From: Paraphysomonas bandaiensis | Taxonomy: Eukaryota > Protista > Chrysophyceae | DNA length: 64,000 bases | Reading direction: 5' to 3' | NCBI GenBank assembly: GCA_965644295.1 | Contig: CBFFRP010000124.1 | Coordinates: forward strand, 28,962 to 92,961 | Shown: positions 25,370 to 39,652 of the stretch, in pieces | Layout of the letters: every line of letters starts with the position of its first letter | Numbering within the stretch: position 1 is the stretch's first letter | Notes under the pieces: model-generated | Databases searched by the model: none | Told to the model about the DNA's origin: nothing | Seen by the model: only the letters and a program-made list of their open reading frames with translations | Made by a program: the position numbers and the translations under genes

Positions 25370-28300
25370 TTTTGCATACTGCAGAGTTCATGCGCGTATC
25401 ACAGAGCAAACTCTGTGCTTACGGGGGAAAAATCGGAGCGACGAACCCTTTTCCGAGCTTCAAGAGTGGCACCCACAGACCTAGGGGCCAGACCAAGTGT
25501 CTCTAGAACAATGCGCATCATAGGTGTTCCTGTTGTGGAATATCAGTCAGGGAAGTACAAGAAAACAAACAGGGATTCATATATACTCGGGTGGGTGCTA
25601 TCTTACCACAAAGCAAACTTGAAAGTGCTAATAAATATGACTCCAAAGCAGCCCTCCTGTATAACACAACCATCAATCAAAGCAGCACGCTTCTTATGCA
25701 TATATACCGTTGATTACAGAATGATGCACTTCGCGACTGAATTACCATCATCCCTTTGCCTGTTCATAAAATTACAGTCAATATAAATATTACCAGGCGA
25801 TAATCGCAGAATGAGTGTATCACTTTCACCGACCTGGCAATTCTGGTAGCTTGCTCTGCAATTTCGAGCATTCTGGCCCTGTCAGTGTCCTCAGTACATT
25901 GCTACCAATAACGTTAAAAATCAGGACGCTCAACATCACAACAACTACACCTGTGGAGCTTCTGAAAGTCCCCATATCTTAGTAATACACACGAGCGGGC
26001 GAAGCGCCAGCGTGAAACAACCTTGTACACCACAACTGATCCAACCTCCTGCCACTCCGGAATAGCTGCAAACATATAGCAGTCGTTGAAACATCATATG
26101 ATGTTTCATACGGAATATTACGTTACCTGTTTGTAGCACCGCACTGTACTCTGCGGTCGCTGCTATCCGTAATACCCTCCTAATAATGCAGCAGTCAGAA
26201 AAATTAAGTTTCCATAACATAGTCATACCGATGTAGTGGGTGCGATATGCCCATATAGTCAAGGTCATCATTTTGAATTCCAAAATCGACAAGCTATATA
26301 AAAGTAGTAAGCCAACTTAAATTGATATCTTCAAATTCAAAGCGTATGATATATTGTTTTATACACTTACATGTTGCAGATTATCATAACCTCTAGATAA
26401 AAAGTTATCTGTGTATTGATCTAGTTTTAACGCAGCCAGCCAGGCTGATATATCCACAGGCCCACCAGCATTGGCTATTCCAGCCAATCGCTCCACTGTA
26501 TCGATGCCATCCTTATTTATAACCACCGTTACCACATCATAGTACGCAGGTATAAGGACATACCTTCTCAATTTTCTCCGGAACTTGCGTCACGATGCTT
26601 GACGTGTAAATGTTGTCTGCTCCTCGAGGACTGGCAACAGATGTTCTAGAAGCAGTTCGTAATCTCTGATAATTATCAATCGCCTGTACAAATATATCAT
26701 TCACATCATGTACTTTGATGTGTAATACAACTTAACAACTGAAAAATAAGTAAAGCAATAACTGATGTGTCCATAACTGAGACATACTGCATTACACAGC
26801 ACTCTACACTACTATCCATACCAGTTGTATCGCATCAATCCACTCTAACATCGACTCCTCACCATCAGCGGAAAATTCGCGGTGGTATTGGCTATTAACA
26901 TTTATCTTATGAAATGGCTAACACAAAGGTACTTACGTGGATGGGTCGTGATGAAAGTCTTCTTTCGGATCCAGCACCACAAATCTAAAAATCAGTATAA
27001 GACATTTATCCCATCTAATACCATACATTCACGTACCTATACTGCTTTGTCCTCTTAACTTTGGCGTCGAGCAATTCTATGTGCCCTTTCTCTACACGAT
27101 CTTCAACTGCAGCATACCATCTGTACATTGCACAATTTTTACATACATTTGCTACAAATAACAAGAGCAATACCTCAGCTGATATGGAGTCAGCACAAGC
27201 CACCGAAATTTCCAATTTCTGAATCCTGTACATAGCGTTAGACTATGTGCTCTGGATCAACAGCAATATTTCGAAGTTACCAGTCTTATTCCTTTTGTAA
27301 ATGTATCCCGCCTTGAGAACAGTGTTGGGACCTCCTTCATTGAGAGCATACAGCTCTCGCAATTTCTTCTCTGTTAGAGGCTATAAAGCACCGGTTATCA
27401 TAACAGCAGCTCAATAGTTTCATAAAAAATCTAATTGATATGAAACCCCAAATGGTTCTAACGTTACTTGATGTAAAACGTGGTCATACCTCATGCGATT
27501 GTCCTATCGCACTGCTTCTCTTCGCAATAGGAGACGCCGAGTTCAGTGGCGGTACAGGTGAAGGAGGCACAGAAGCAGCATCATCTGCCTCGTCTTCACC
27601 CATGTCAACAGGCTTCATTGGAGGGGCGGGGATGCAGTCGTCTTCATAGGATTCGTAGAGATCGGACAACCAGTCTATTTACATCATTACAGCCTCGTCG
27701 GTAATTAATTCCACACACAGTGTGTTAGCAACAGCAATGTCTCTTATATGTTCCATATACAGAGCTCAACGACATGTTTTCATCATACAGCAATGAGGGT
27801 ACTCACCGTAGACGTCGTCCGAAAAAGGCCTATCAGCCACCTCATACTCACAGCATTGAAGCGCCAGCATTACTAGAGATGGCGGAGCATCATCCGGCAA
27901 ATCCGCTTGTACTTGTTCCCGGTCTAAAACAAAAGCGTCTTGCGGCTTCCGGTGTGCGAACGATGTTTTTCCTACTTGAACACGCTTCATGATCTAAGGA
28001 AACAATGAATTAAGTTAGCATTCTTCACATCGAAATATACAAAGTGTAGTCCACATATACCTCGAGAAGAACCATACCAAAGCTGAAGACATCTACAGAT
28101 GATCCGTACTCCTCATCAAACATCAATTCTGCCAACAAAATTAATGCCTATCCTCAACATCGTTGAAGTAAAACGTACCTGGCGCCATGTACTCATTTGT
28201 GCCGCATATCGTCATCCTTTACTGTGCAATTAGATTGCCAAATTCGAGATTATCAAGTAATGCAAAACCTACCGGCGACTGAGAACCGGCTCTCCATTTC

Positions 28301-28989
28301 CCGTGCCACCAGCTCCGAAATCACGGGCCATGCCGAAATCAGATAACTACTCATATGCATAGAGTTAAATCATGGACATCTAAATTGAACAACATGCAGT
28401 ATTGATAAAATTCACCTTGCAAGTCCAATTGTGGTCCAGTAACATGTTGCTGCTTTTTATATCACGATGAATGAAGTTATGTCTATGCAAGTACTTCAAA
28501 GCACTAGCAGCATCAGTAGCTATTTTAATTCGAAATTTCCATCCCAATTCGTGGTCAGAAAGTAGCAACCCAAGTAAATCGCCACCCTAAAAGACTTTAG
28601 CAAAGCATGCAAGTAGCATATTGACATTAAAATCTCACCTGACAGAATTCCGTGACAATATACAGTGCATTTAAATTCGATTCGACTTCCGAAACCTCGT
28701 TACATGCACCGATATAATTCACAAGGTTAGGATGAGATGCGTTTTTTAACACAGCCAATTCGCGCAATAAGTAGTTATCCAAATCCTTATCAATCCTCGT
28801 TTGTTTCTTTACAGCAACAAAATCTCCGAAATATTTCCCGATATAGACAGTAGAAAACTGACCTTCACCTATTTGAGGGCCGCTAAAGAAACATTAGAGA
28901 GTGATAAGGCAGCAGTCATGTGCTCACATTGTCACTGACGAGATGTCCAGCCAAAAGTCCCTCTCTTCAAAACTGGGAAACCCCTCCAT
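25370..28989 (-). CDS. Multi-exon TKL protein kinase (LIMK/TESK-like) with PH and SAM domains; 3' end approximate
   Basis: Spliced MEGFPSFEERDFWLDISGPQIGEGQFSTVY, VAVKK, HRDIKSSN, DFGMAR, ICGTNEYMAP, DVFSFG. PH-like VLKAGYIYKRNK and ESMLEWIDAIQ; SAM-like ISAWLAALKLDQYTDNF..GYD. Confidence 0.8.
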
Positions 28990-29533
28990 TGGAAAGGTGC
29001 TAAATGCTTATGAACAGGGGAAGCGTGTCGATCACAGAATGCTCGTAAACTCCTATATCTGTAGATAGGGGGTATAGATGTAATATATGTGCACAGGGCT
29101 TGTATAGGTATGTATGTATCGAGTGTGAAGTCGTGTACGATCATGTCGCAGTACGTATCGGCCTCTACTCCGTATTGTATATCTACCGCCGTATGTGTTG
29201 ATGTAGGCACACACACCAGAGTGGAGTATCCTATTGTGAATACAGGAGCATACTGTACCGCATGCAACCTCCTCTACAGCAATATCCAACAGGGAAAATT
29301 TGCCTTCTCATATACAACTACACTGTATACTATACTGTATACTGCCTACACTAAGTAAAAATACATCAATGTATACACCAGTATTACGAATTCATATGAT
29401 GCATAACTGCCTCGAGGTGGTCTCTGCCTGTTCCGTGCATGTCACTCACTGGCCATTCCACTGAATAGAAGCAAATGCACTAATTCTCCTGTAGTTGGAA
29501 CAAATTAATTTAAGAGACTCGCCTCTGCATAAA

Positions 29534-31804
29534 ATGGACGCACTTCGTGTTCAAAACCAAATTCGTCATAATGCTGAAGAAGTTGGAAGTTTCTTCTCTG
29601 ATTTGGCTAAATGGGAGAAAGAAATAAAAGTGAAAGATAAAAATCTCAGGGAAGGGAAAGGCATTAAAGGTAGAAAGCCTATTCGAAGAGGAGCTGGAAC
29701 GGTACAAGTTTCAACAGGCCCATCCCCAGTTTCACATTCGAATACTAGTGGTACAGCTGGGTCTGTTGATAGGGTCACATCAGCCGCGAAGCACACATAT
29801 GACATCGGATATAAGAAATGGGAGAAGTTTGATGAAGATTCACTGGAGACAGTGTCGAAAGGTTGATTCATTGCTTCTATTAAAATATTGTATAACTTTT
29901 CACTCAGATGACGCTGGCATAATTTCCAAAGAATCCTTGAAAGATAGTGACCTTTCAACTCTGACCCCTGCAACGATCATCAACAGTACTTCCCAGCCTG
30001 AAGTATCAAAGGTGTGTATTGCATTCACGTTTGTACTTCTTCGTGTTCAACTGTTTCTTATTCATGCCTCACATGTGAATATTGTTTGCGCTTCCAGGCT
30101 GAAATTCCTCGTGCTCAAGGCACAGCCTCCAATCGGGATATCGAACTGTACGAACGTGAACGGGGAAATGCAGAGTTCAAGGCGGGTAACTTTACAGCTG
30201 CTGTCAAATGCTACACGAAGTGTCTTGGGTTAAAGGTACAGTACTATTGCAAGATATATCGTAGCTAATATTGAGCTCTTACAGCAACACAACTACATAG
30301 CATTTTCCAACAGAGCGATGGCGTACTTGAAGCTCCATGACAATGTTAAAGCAGAGGTGACCTTACTCGCTAAATAAGTGTCTATATTGGGATTATTAAG
30401 TAATTTCTGTTGCTGTACACTTCATGTCCATAATATTCTTGACTCAATGTAATCGATTATGTATTTGAAGATTGACTGTACCAGTGCCCTGCGCATTGAG
30501 GCCACTCATGTGAAATCTTTGCTTCGTCGAGCGACAGCCAGGAATGCATTAGGAAAACACAGAGCAGCAGTGCTCGATTTGCGAACAGCGGCGTCTATTG
30601 ACCCTACCAAGTAAGCACACGCAACTGCAACGATGTCTTCATGTGAGAGGGTTAGTCGTGGTTTATTTCTAACATATTTCTCCCTACAGCAAGCAAGTTG
30701 CACAAGAACTGAAGAAATCCCTTGACCTATTAAAATCAGCCGTTACTCGCGCACCAATGGTTCAGTTGAAGACTGCGTGGGTATCGGATGGTGATGCCGA
30801 CACTGCTGCAGATGCTGAATTGAAATCAGGTGAAGGGAATGAACTCTCTGTACACACATACGTAGTTATGTTCTGTATATCATGGGTATTACTGATACCT
30901 GATTGTCATTTTGATTCCTCGGTAATTTTTGTGATTAATGTGTATTTATAGTTGATTTATTGGCCGGGCCGGATCTTCCTCATCCTTTAGACAAATCCAA
31001 TAATAACTTGTCATCATCAGTAGAATCCCTATCCACGAAATCCAGTGATGTTGTAGTACCACCGGAAGCCGCAGAAACTGTTAACGATGTACAAACTGAC
31101 AGTCAAGTTGATGCGGATGCAGGTGAATTAACGCGTGCGTGTTCTACTCTAAAATTGTCAGTAATTTTGGTATATTAGACTATGTTAAGCTCTCTGTTCC
31201 GGAACAACATACACCCACGGAATCTAACGAACCTGTAGTTTCTACTTCTAGTTCTGATGGTACTATCGAGCATACATCCAAAACGAGCAAGATAAGCAAA
31301 GTGAACACCCTTTCTTCTGCACCAGCGAAGACGAAGTGTTCCAAACACAGTTCTGGGGGAAAAAAGAAGAAAAGCTCGATGTCTCACGGTGGCACTAAAT
31401 CAAATGCGAATGTATGCTATGGCATTGAGCGCTCTTTAGTTTCATTGCGCGGAAATGATAAACTTCTCTCCGACTATTTGGTCACTCTTGATCCTAATAC
31501 TGTATTTCCTGACCCTTCAACCAGCGCTGCCAGTGGTGGCACTGTTCTTGAAGCTGACGTTATTGTGGACCTGCTATTGAGTGTATCTAAATGTATTGGT
31601 GGGATGCGAAGTGATTGGGACACCGTTCTTCAGTGGTTTGAATCTGTACAGCGTATTCCGTCTTTCGGATTTGTGAAGTCCCTTTTTTCCCAGAAGCAAG
31701 CAAAGGAGCTTAGTGATGCCTTGAATCAGGCGTATGTTCATAGCAATTCAGATGATTACTTGCGTAGAATTGATAATATCAAAGTTGCTTTTAGTTGCCT
31801 CTAA
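29534..31804 (+). CDS. RPAP3: RPAP3/Spaghetti-like TPR co-chaperone (R2TP); multi-exon
   Basis: N-terminal QIRHNAEEV..FFSDLAKWEKEIK; TPR clamp ERERGNAEFKAG, FSNRAMAYLKL, KSLLRRATARNALG; helical RPAP3_C-like end (RIPSFGFVKSLFS). Confidence 0.72.
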
Positions 31805-32129
31805 GTATATGATGTGTTCAGTAATCTATATTTTCATCACTTAATAAAAATTAGCTAAGAAGGGAGAATTGATATGTCTTTGTATTTTGTATGCTGTACT
31901 ATATACTATATGTTGAGTATAGTGAAGCTGTGTACAATGGCTCTGCCTTGCGAACGAATAAAAAGTCAATATTAGAAAAATAACTGTTATTTATAGGAGC
32001 CGTAATCATACAAAGTACGATGACGTAGTGCATTGACAAATTAGATTCATCACGTAACATATATATCACTTGGCATTCGTTACATGCTGGCAAAAACTTG
32101 AATAATTCCAAGCATTATACATAAATCTA

Positions 32130-33312
32130 TCACGAAAGGTTAGGATAACTGGGTGCATCCAGCACACCGCATCGGTCAGCGTCAGATTTCTCTATGCGCA
32201 AGTAACCCTGTTCCCCCCAAGAGGTGCCCCAGCTGTTTTTAATTTTCCAGTAATCGAGGCCAGAGTCAGGATCCGTCCCGTATCCCACAACAAGAACCCC
32301 ATGGTCAACACGCTGTCCACATTTTCCTGAGAAGACACCACTCCCATAGGACTTGATGCCGATTTGATTGGCCTGTATTGCGACGGACACTGGTTGCTGG
32401 TATACAGCAGAGGTGAGGGCACTAACAGACCCCTGAGTTACGTCAGTGTAACTAGTAGGGGCTGTGCCTTTTAAAGATGAGCAAGAAGTAGAGCATTCGC
32501 CAGAGGAGCCCGTATCCCCTGATGAGTATGGGTAAGCAGTGCTGGTGCAAAGTCCACCGTTTTTCTTAACCCAGGAGAATCCGCTGTCCATCCACCTAAG
32601 CACCACACAATATTAATTAGTACATGTAATTACGTTCCAACTCCACGCACCCTCCATCACATCCGGTGTCAGTTGTGTCACAAGATATGATATTCTGCTC
32701 AGAGAGGCTCGTGAGATCGTTGCCTTGAATCTGGTACGCGCTCTCAATTGCTGCAGCAACTGAGAATGCCCAACCACCAGAACTACATGCACATACCATG
32801 TGAAATCACACTTATACGTGCATTGCATAGTCCATTACCTGCACTTCCCCTGGTCCTTTACATCTGTAACCGCTCCCTTACTGGTCCAGTCCCAAGAGCT
32901 GGGGACAACAGTGTAATTCGAGGAAGTATCCACTGGGCCAGCTGACGTAAGCCCCGGCTTTGAGTGAGCAGAAGCACGTAACCCCATATGAGACTCAAAT
33001 TCAGATAGTGTCATATGCGAAAAGGCGTTGTGCGCTAAAGTGTATGTGGACTCTTTATCTAAACAAAAGTTAATGAAATATTTAAAACAAACTGATGTAC
33101 GTACTGGCATTGTGCTCCTCAATGATATTATCCGTTTCAATAAATATCTGTAAACGACGGGCGTATTCACTAGCATTAGGAAATGATATCGAGTACTTTT
33201 CCATCCACTCTGCAAACATATTTTCATAGTGCTCTTGCGAGTGTGTATATGTATGTATACAGGAGCATGTTGATAGGGCGCCCAGCACCACTGCAACAAA
33301 TCCGCTGTGCAT
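32130..33312 (-). CDS. Papain-family (C1A) protease homolog with signal peptide and I29 prodomain; catalytic Cys apparently replaced by Gly
   Basis: ERFNIN-like prodomain, WDWTSKGAVTDVKDQGKC, SLSEQ, GCDGG, DHGVLVVGYG and WKIKNSWG. The spliced active site reads QGKCSSGGWAFS. Confidence 0.88.
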
Positions 33313-33720
33313 CCTCAGTTCCGCTGGATATGAGTAGAAATGAAAGTTGAAGAATTGTTAAGTGTGTGAAAGGAGTGGGAGCGAGGAGTATAATAGCTAG
33401 CTGGATGCTACAAACACTGTGAACTAATTCATCTAGAGATGACACAGACACATATGCACATACACCTCCTACATACACCATGCTCATACTGCTGTATATC
33501 ATGCACACCTACAACAATGTACGTACCTACCTGCCTACCTCACACAACAAGATCTGACGACAGTATTCTGGACCGTATTCTATCTGTAGTTTCCATCATA
33601 TGGATTTCATTGCATGTATTCTCATCATCTCCACTCTGCTGCATGGCTGCATGATGTCCCGATCCACTGCATTAATGAATGATAATATTCACTTCACACT
33701 CATTGAGGTAGATATTGTTC

Positions 33721-34641
33721 ATGCGACAATCAGTTAGAAAATTTTATTCTCGTATACAAGTAGCAAGGGCGTCGTGTCTTTCACAGAGGAGTCAGGGCAC
33801 TCTTGCACTCCAGCACGGAGATTTTCTTGATCTTATATGTGACCATGGCGATGGAAATATTCATTTTATTCCTGGAAAGATTGCCGATATCATACTTGAC
33901 AACCCAGGAAAGCGAAACGCTCTGTCCGGGAAGATGATTGTACAACTCATACGTATAATCGACGAGATCGTTGAAGACCATGAGTGTAGCAGCGTTATAC
34001 TACGAGGTGCCAGTTCTACCCAGCCATCTTTTTGTGCTGGTTTGGACTTTTCTTTAGCTAAAGACTTAATAAATACTCCTGAACGCGGGCTTGAAATGTG
34101 CATGCTCATGACGGATGCTCTTACGAATCTACGTAGGTCACATCTTATCAGTCTTGCTGCGATTCACGGCCCAGCATTGGGAGGAGGTGCTGAATTGGCT
34201 ACGGCATGTGACTTTAGACTAATGTCATCAGCACCAGCGACTCGCATTGGTTTTGTACATGCTACAATTGGCGCGAGCCCGGGTTGGGGAGGTGGCCGAC
34301 GATTGGTAAGCATTGTAGGCCGGTCTGCGGCGCTTCGCCTCTTTGGAACAGCACAGCGATTGAGTGCTGAGGAAGCAGTTGGAATAGGATTAGCGGATGG
34401 AGTGCTATCTAGTTCAGCTATAGAGGAAGATGACAATCTAGAGGAGGATAATATCGGACAGCAGGCAAAAAATTTCCTTCGGCCTTTCGCTGAGATGAAA
34501 TATCCGAGAGCAGTAGGAGAGTTAAAATCATTAGTCGCGAGTATAGCAGATGACCCAAGTGAAGCTGAGGAGATTGAAAAGAGAGTGTTTATGAAGAGGT
34601 GGGGCTCAAGTGACAACGTAAATGCCCTCAAATCGAAATAG
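33721..34641 (+). CDS. ECHDC1: Crotonase-family enzyme, ethylmalonyl-CoA decarboxylase (ECHDC1)-like; intronless, possible mitochondrial presequence
   Basis: LDNPGKRNALSGKMI, FCAGLD, ALGGGAELATACDFRLM, GFVH, PGWGGGRRLVSIVG. Confidence 0.72.
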   Translation: MRQSVRKFYSRIQVARASCLSQRSQGTLALQHGDFLDLICDHGDGNIHFIPGKIADIILDNPGKRNALSGKMIVQLIRIIDEIVEDHECSSVILRGASSTQPSFCAGLDFSLAKDLINTPERGLEMCMLMTDALTNLRRSHLISLAAIHGPALGGGAELATACDFRLMSSAPATRIGFVHATIGASPGWGGGRRLVSIVGRSAALRLFGTAQRLSAEEAVGIGLADGVLSSSAIEEDDNLEEDNIGQQAKNFLRPFAEMKYPRAVGELKSLVASIADDPSEAEEIEKRVFMKRWGSSDNVNALKSK

Positions 34642-34953
34642 AGGTGTGTTCTCGACAACAATTGTCTCTGCCCTCATGGAGTACTAAGAAACCATCTCTT
34701 TGAATATTATTTTGAATAAATTACGTATAAAAGGCTATGTGTATAGAAGTAGCAGAAACCTCTATTGAAACAACGGTATTCAGATATGTGTACATCTACG
34801 ATGCTTTCAACAATAATTGCAAGAAGTGATAATTACTCTCTTTTTTCCCTAATAGCTTGTAAGCTGCTTTCTCAACATATTGTAGTTTTATTCTTAGTAA
34901 ATTACAGTGGTAATACTTACAATCGCGTGAGGCGGTGCTAACATTGACATTTA

Positions 34954-35898
34954 CTATCTACTACGTTTACGTTCAGAGGTAACATCATTTTCTCTAATTG
35001 CTGTAAACTGGCCACATCGTTGTACCCCTTTCCAGCTGTAAAAGATATAATTATTCAAAGCATTGTCGTCATTGACAGGTACTTACAAAAGCCGTCCTGA
35101 CTGGCGGTACACGTGGCCGTGAAGAGAAATATCTTGGCTATTAAACAGATTCTTCTTGAAATAACCACGATATATAAGCTTCACCGGCTGTCCTAGAGAG
35201 GGGTCTACACTGGCTACTGCTTCAAACTGAATGGTACAGTACCTACACCAACATATAAGCAACTGCACACGCGGGAAAACAAATACTACCTTGGCCACGT
35301 CCGTTCTCTGAAGGAGAAATCCGCATGAAACTGTTGGTCATTCAATAATGTAGTTAGCGATCCGTCTTCAGCTATCTTTATCCTTACGGGATAGGCATAT
35401 GTTAAACCATTCTTCGCTTCAATTTCCTGAATCATACGCCACTGTCCTGCTATCTGCTCTAATGAAACGTGTTTTCCTGTATTAGAAAAAATATATAAAA
35501 TAACTCACAAATAACAGTTTGTTCTAACCAGCTAACATATCCACAGAAGTTTTCAGCGTACTTGTAGTCAAGCGCAGCGCTTGAGCAGCTAATTGCGATG
35601 AACCGCTCAATATTTTTTCAGCAACACTTTTTCGATGGGGCGTGGTAACAGCCATTTTGTCATGATCTGACTGGACTCGTCGCCCCTTTCTATTTTCCTT
35701 TGCAATTTCTTCAAATAAGTATGACTTAGTGCGCTCAGATCTTGTTATCTTCGTATTGGTAGAATTTCTTCTGGAAGGCGAACTTTTCGAAAGAGATACT
35801 CTACGGCCCGCAGTATTCTTACCTAATGATGCACTATTCAACGAGGAAGGTTGCATCAATATGCATAAGGCAAATATAAATATAGCGAACAAATGCAT
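34954..35898 (-). CDS. Hypothetical protein with N-terminal hydrophobic signal; multi-exon
   Basis: ORF pieces 35524-35898, ~35290-35478 and 35083-35240 can be joined by GT-AG introns. Stop TAG at 34954. Confidence 0.55.
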
Positions 35899-37469
35899 TG
35901 CAAACGTAACACAGTAGACCCTAAATAAAGTTCCCCTGATTTTGATTTTATACTCTATTCATTTTCAAGCTTCGGCAATGCAAACAATGGCTTGCAGTAT
36001 GGCGACTAACGAGACGAGACTGGCATATCAGAGCAATTTACTTCCATCATGAGCACATGCGCTCGTACCAAGATACGTAGTGTATACAATTGTATTCCTG
36101 GTATTGTCGAATAATACGCACGTATGAGCAGTGATGTACACTGACTGCTGTATCATGTGCGTAACTAGATATGTCCATATATCTCGACCACTGCAGATGG
36201 GAAGGCAACTGCTAAGATAAGACACTCTCGTTGGGTTATAGTGGCTTGAAGTATCGTTACTTATTGTGATTCATGTATAGTGATGAAACCTGTGAGTACC
36301 TATTCAAGACATCCTCAAGACATATCAGAGCAGCATGTGGTTTGGCATATGGATGGTGCCATGGTATATATATGTGATAGAATAGATATCTACAGACTAC
36401 AGATACATGTATATATCTATATGTCGGATATGGCTGATTAGATGAAACACTATCGCAATGTAGCAACACAACTTGACCATCTATTCGGAATAAATGACCT
36501 ACGAATGAGGCTAAATATCGTCACTCTAGTCCAGGAGCGTTTAGTAGTGCTGTATAGTACCTGGAGTAAAGTGCATATGGATTGCAATCAGCAATAGCGA
36601 AGGATATATTTCAATATATATACGAATCAGATTTGTGGAAGTAGGTGTCGAACTAGTCATTGAAAGTATTGTGATGCTTTGTTGATGATATCACACTGGT
36701 TGTTTTTCAGTATCCGTCACGAATACTCTAGGATATTTTGGTACTCATTGTGTTGATATACTGACAGACGCACTAATAGACTTAGCCTGTGTACTGTTAT
36801 AAAAGTGTTAGTGTGCATGGTTTCAACGTAAGAAAACTTCGTTTGGTAACAAAGTATGCTTAAAGCATTTATTATTTTCAACAGTATTCTTGATACTAGC
36901 TAAGTATCTTATCTTATCTATCATAACAAGTTCAAGTAGCGAAATGATATGAGCTACATGGATGACATACCGTGGCTCACTCAGTCATTTTTTCTATCCC
37001 ACTCATTGGTATAAACTATAAACTTTGAACTATTCAGGTCCGATAACTTTAATCCTAGTTATGTCACTGCGGGAATTACATAGGCTTAAACTACATTCTT
37101 TCATATTCATATTCTTATCATTTGAGGAATTAAGAATAAAAATTGAAGAATGAGTTCTTGTTGTGGGATTGAATCTTGGACATACAAAATAAACTACAAA
37201 ATCCTCATTTATAAAAGCGATAGTTGCAATGTAAGAAAATGTCAGATAGTTGAAATTAAAGACTGATATTTCACAGAGCCCATTCTAGTTCAGTAACCGT
37301 ATATCCAATGCACTTTATTTAGTCCACCATTCTATATTGTTGTCAGAATATTTAAAAATCACATGCCATATAAACAGAATAAACCACACATCCGTTATAC
37401 AAGGTAATTTATATACTATAGCTATATACCAAAAGGTAGCCCACTTTATAATGATTCCAAAATAAAATA

Positions 37470-39652
37470 CTAAAGAGATTGCATCCACTTTAGCTTTTCG
37501 TCAAAGGAGGCTATTCTGTGCATAACAACACCACTCCTTGTGTGAGGGCTCAGCTTTTCGACAATTCGGCGGGCAACACCTCTCTTTCCTATCTTTCCTA
37601 GGTGGCGGGTATTCATTTTATTGTATAGCTCTTGGCGAATTTTGTCCGCCTGATTTTTCTCCGCCACAAATAAGTATGATTCAAACTCCTGTACAAAGTA
37701 CACAACACTTCACTATAATACCGAGAAATATCAAGACACTTACCCCCATGTCAATAGTCGAGCCTCCATTGATATCAATACAGGAAAATATAAACTTAAT
37801 CTTCTCTGGTCCGTAGAGCATACCACAGGAAAGAAGCATATCCGAGAACTCCCGTCGGGATAAGCATATACCATCTGAGCTGAACCTATTGCATATGGAT
37901 ACCATACCTTTTCGAGGGTCACTATTCTCATCCCTACAGCTCCGGAGGAATTTCGATCTAAATTCGTCAGACGCTGCGGCATTTGTCGCTGACTTCTCCA
38001 TGACACTCCCAACAATGTCAAGATTAAGAAGTGTGATCGCCTTCAGCACCGACACAGATCTGATGGCCATTGCCAGGAAGGGGAACCCGATGAGGGCCGG
38101 CAACAGTGCAATTACAATTAACCTCGCTGTTGTATCTGGTCCGTGAGAGGACTCGAGTGCCACTGACACAACATGTGTGCTCCACCAGGCCAGATACAGT
38201 GAGTTGCATGTTATCACGAAATCAACAAGCCCATACAATAACTCTGGCCATCGGAACCAGAATACTCCCCTGAAATTCTGTTTCTGTACATTCCTCTTGA
38301 GTCTGTGTCTGAGGCGGCGACTAGTTGAGCTCTCTGGCCTTTTCGACTTGTTGACTTCGCCTTGTACGAATCTGGTCAGACTCTTTCGCCAAGTGTCTCC
38401 TGAAGATTGCTGCTTCATGATTGGTCTTCGCGGCTTGGCAAGGGCGGTAAATTGTTCCAGAGCGCTCGAAAAAGAAGGGTCAGTAGAGGCCGTGGGGTTC
38501 GGATTGGATAAAGCTTTGGGACTTGTCGGAGCTGTAGCACTATTTTTGTTACTTCTGATGGATACATCATTACTCCTATTGCTATTGCGATTCGAGGGTT
38601 CATCTTGCACTGCACCTTCCTCGTCACTACTGCTATCATCTTCTTCGTCATCTTTCTCTTCGATAGCACACACACGAGAGAAGGTACGTGTGGCAGATGC
38701 ACGCGAGCTGACTGCAGCATCGGTGGAAAAAGACTCTCGTCCAGATGATGATCCAGACTTAGATGGGGAATGAGGGTCACCTAATAGCAGCCTTCTCCCA
38801 CTAAAAGGATCATCCGATCCCTCGTTCACTGTGGCCACCGCAGTGGAGATAGGGACCGCAGATGCTGCATTCAAGTGGTAGGGATCGCTAGCCACTTTAA
38901 CTCTTGATCGACTCTGCGCAGTATTATTACGCAGCTTGCTGACAGCCATTACTACAGACTGTCGCAGTCGTCGACCAGATATTTTCCGTTTATTTGCCCT
39001 GGAGTACTCAGCCTGTAACCGAAGATTCTTCTGTTCGGCCATTATTTCCGCAATAGTCTGACGAACAAAATCATTCTTGACAGCAGCAGAGGTAAGTGTC
39101 TCATTGGCATGATCCTCCGCCAGCAGGAATACTGTGTAGTCATCTATATCGGTCACTCCGCAGGTCTCAAAGAGTTGAAGCTCGCTTGAGCGCCCCCAAT
39201 AGAATACTATCACAGATAGCACTGCATTCATTGCCCCACCCGCAGTAAAAATCCAAATCTCCCCGCTCCTATCTTCGCAGCCATCCGGACAGTGTCGCTT
39301 CCAAATCTCAACCTCAATCGCTGCAACCAAAGTCAGACATAAAACCACACACCACTTGCGCGCCGATATCTCAATAATTGACAGGATGTTAGCCTCATGT
39401 GTTGCCCGTAAAAACATGCCAAAGTCAAGATCACCCATCCCTGTACTGATGCCGTACGCACTAGTGAATATACTCCTAAGCATCCTGAATTCCACCTGAT
39501 CCCGGGGTTTGCAAAAAGGAAAGTACCTGGCCTTCCACCATATCGAGTTCTTGACTTCCTCCACATTAAGATTTAACTCTTCAGAGGAAATATTCGCTGC
39601 CACATTCCATATATGAGCTTGTCCTACAGATCCCACCATATATATGAAAGTC
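37470..39652 (-). CDS. MLO-like membrane protein with C-terminal EF-hand; 5' exons not found
   Basis: LDFGMFLR....ILSIIEIS..KW and FWFRWPELL..LVDFVI..N resemble MLO motifs; several TM segments. EF-hand IDINGGSTIDM-EEF is formed across an intron. The first visible exon begins at an AG acceptor. Confidence 0.65.
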
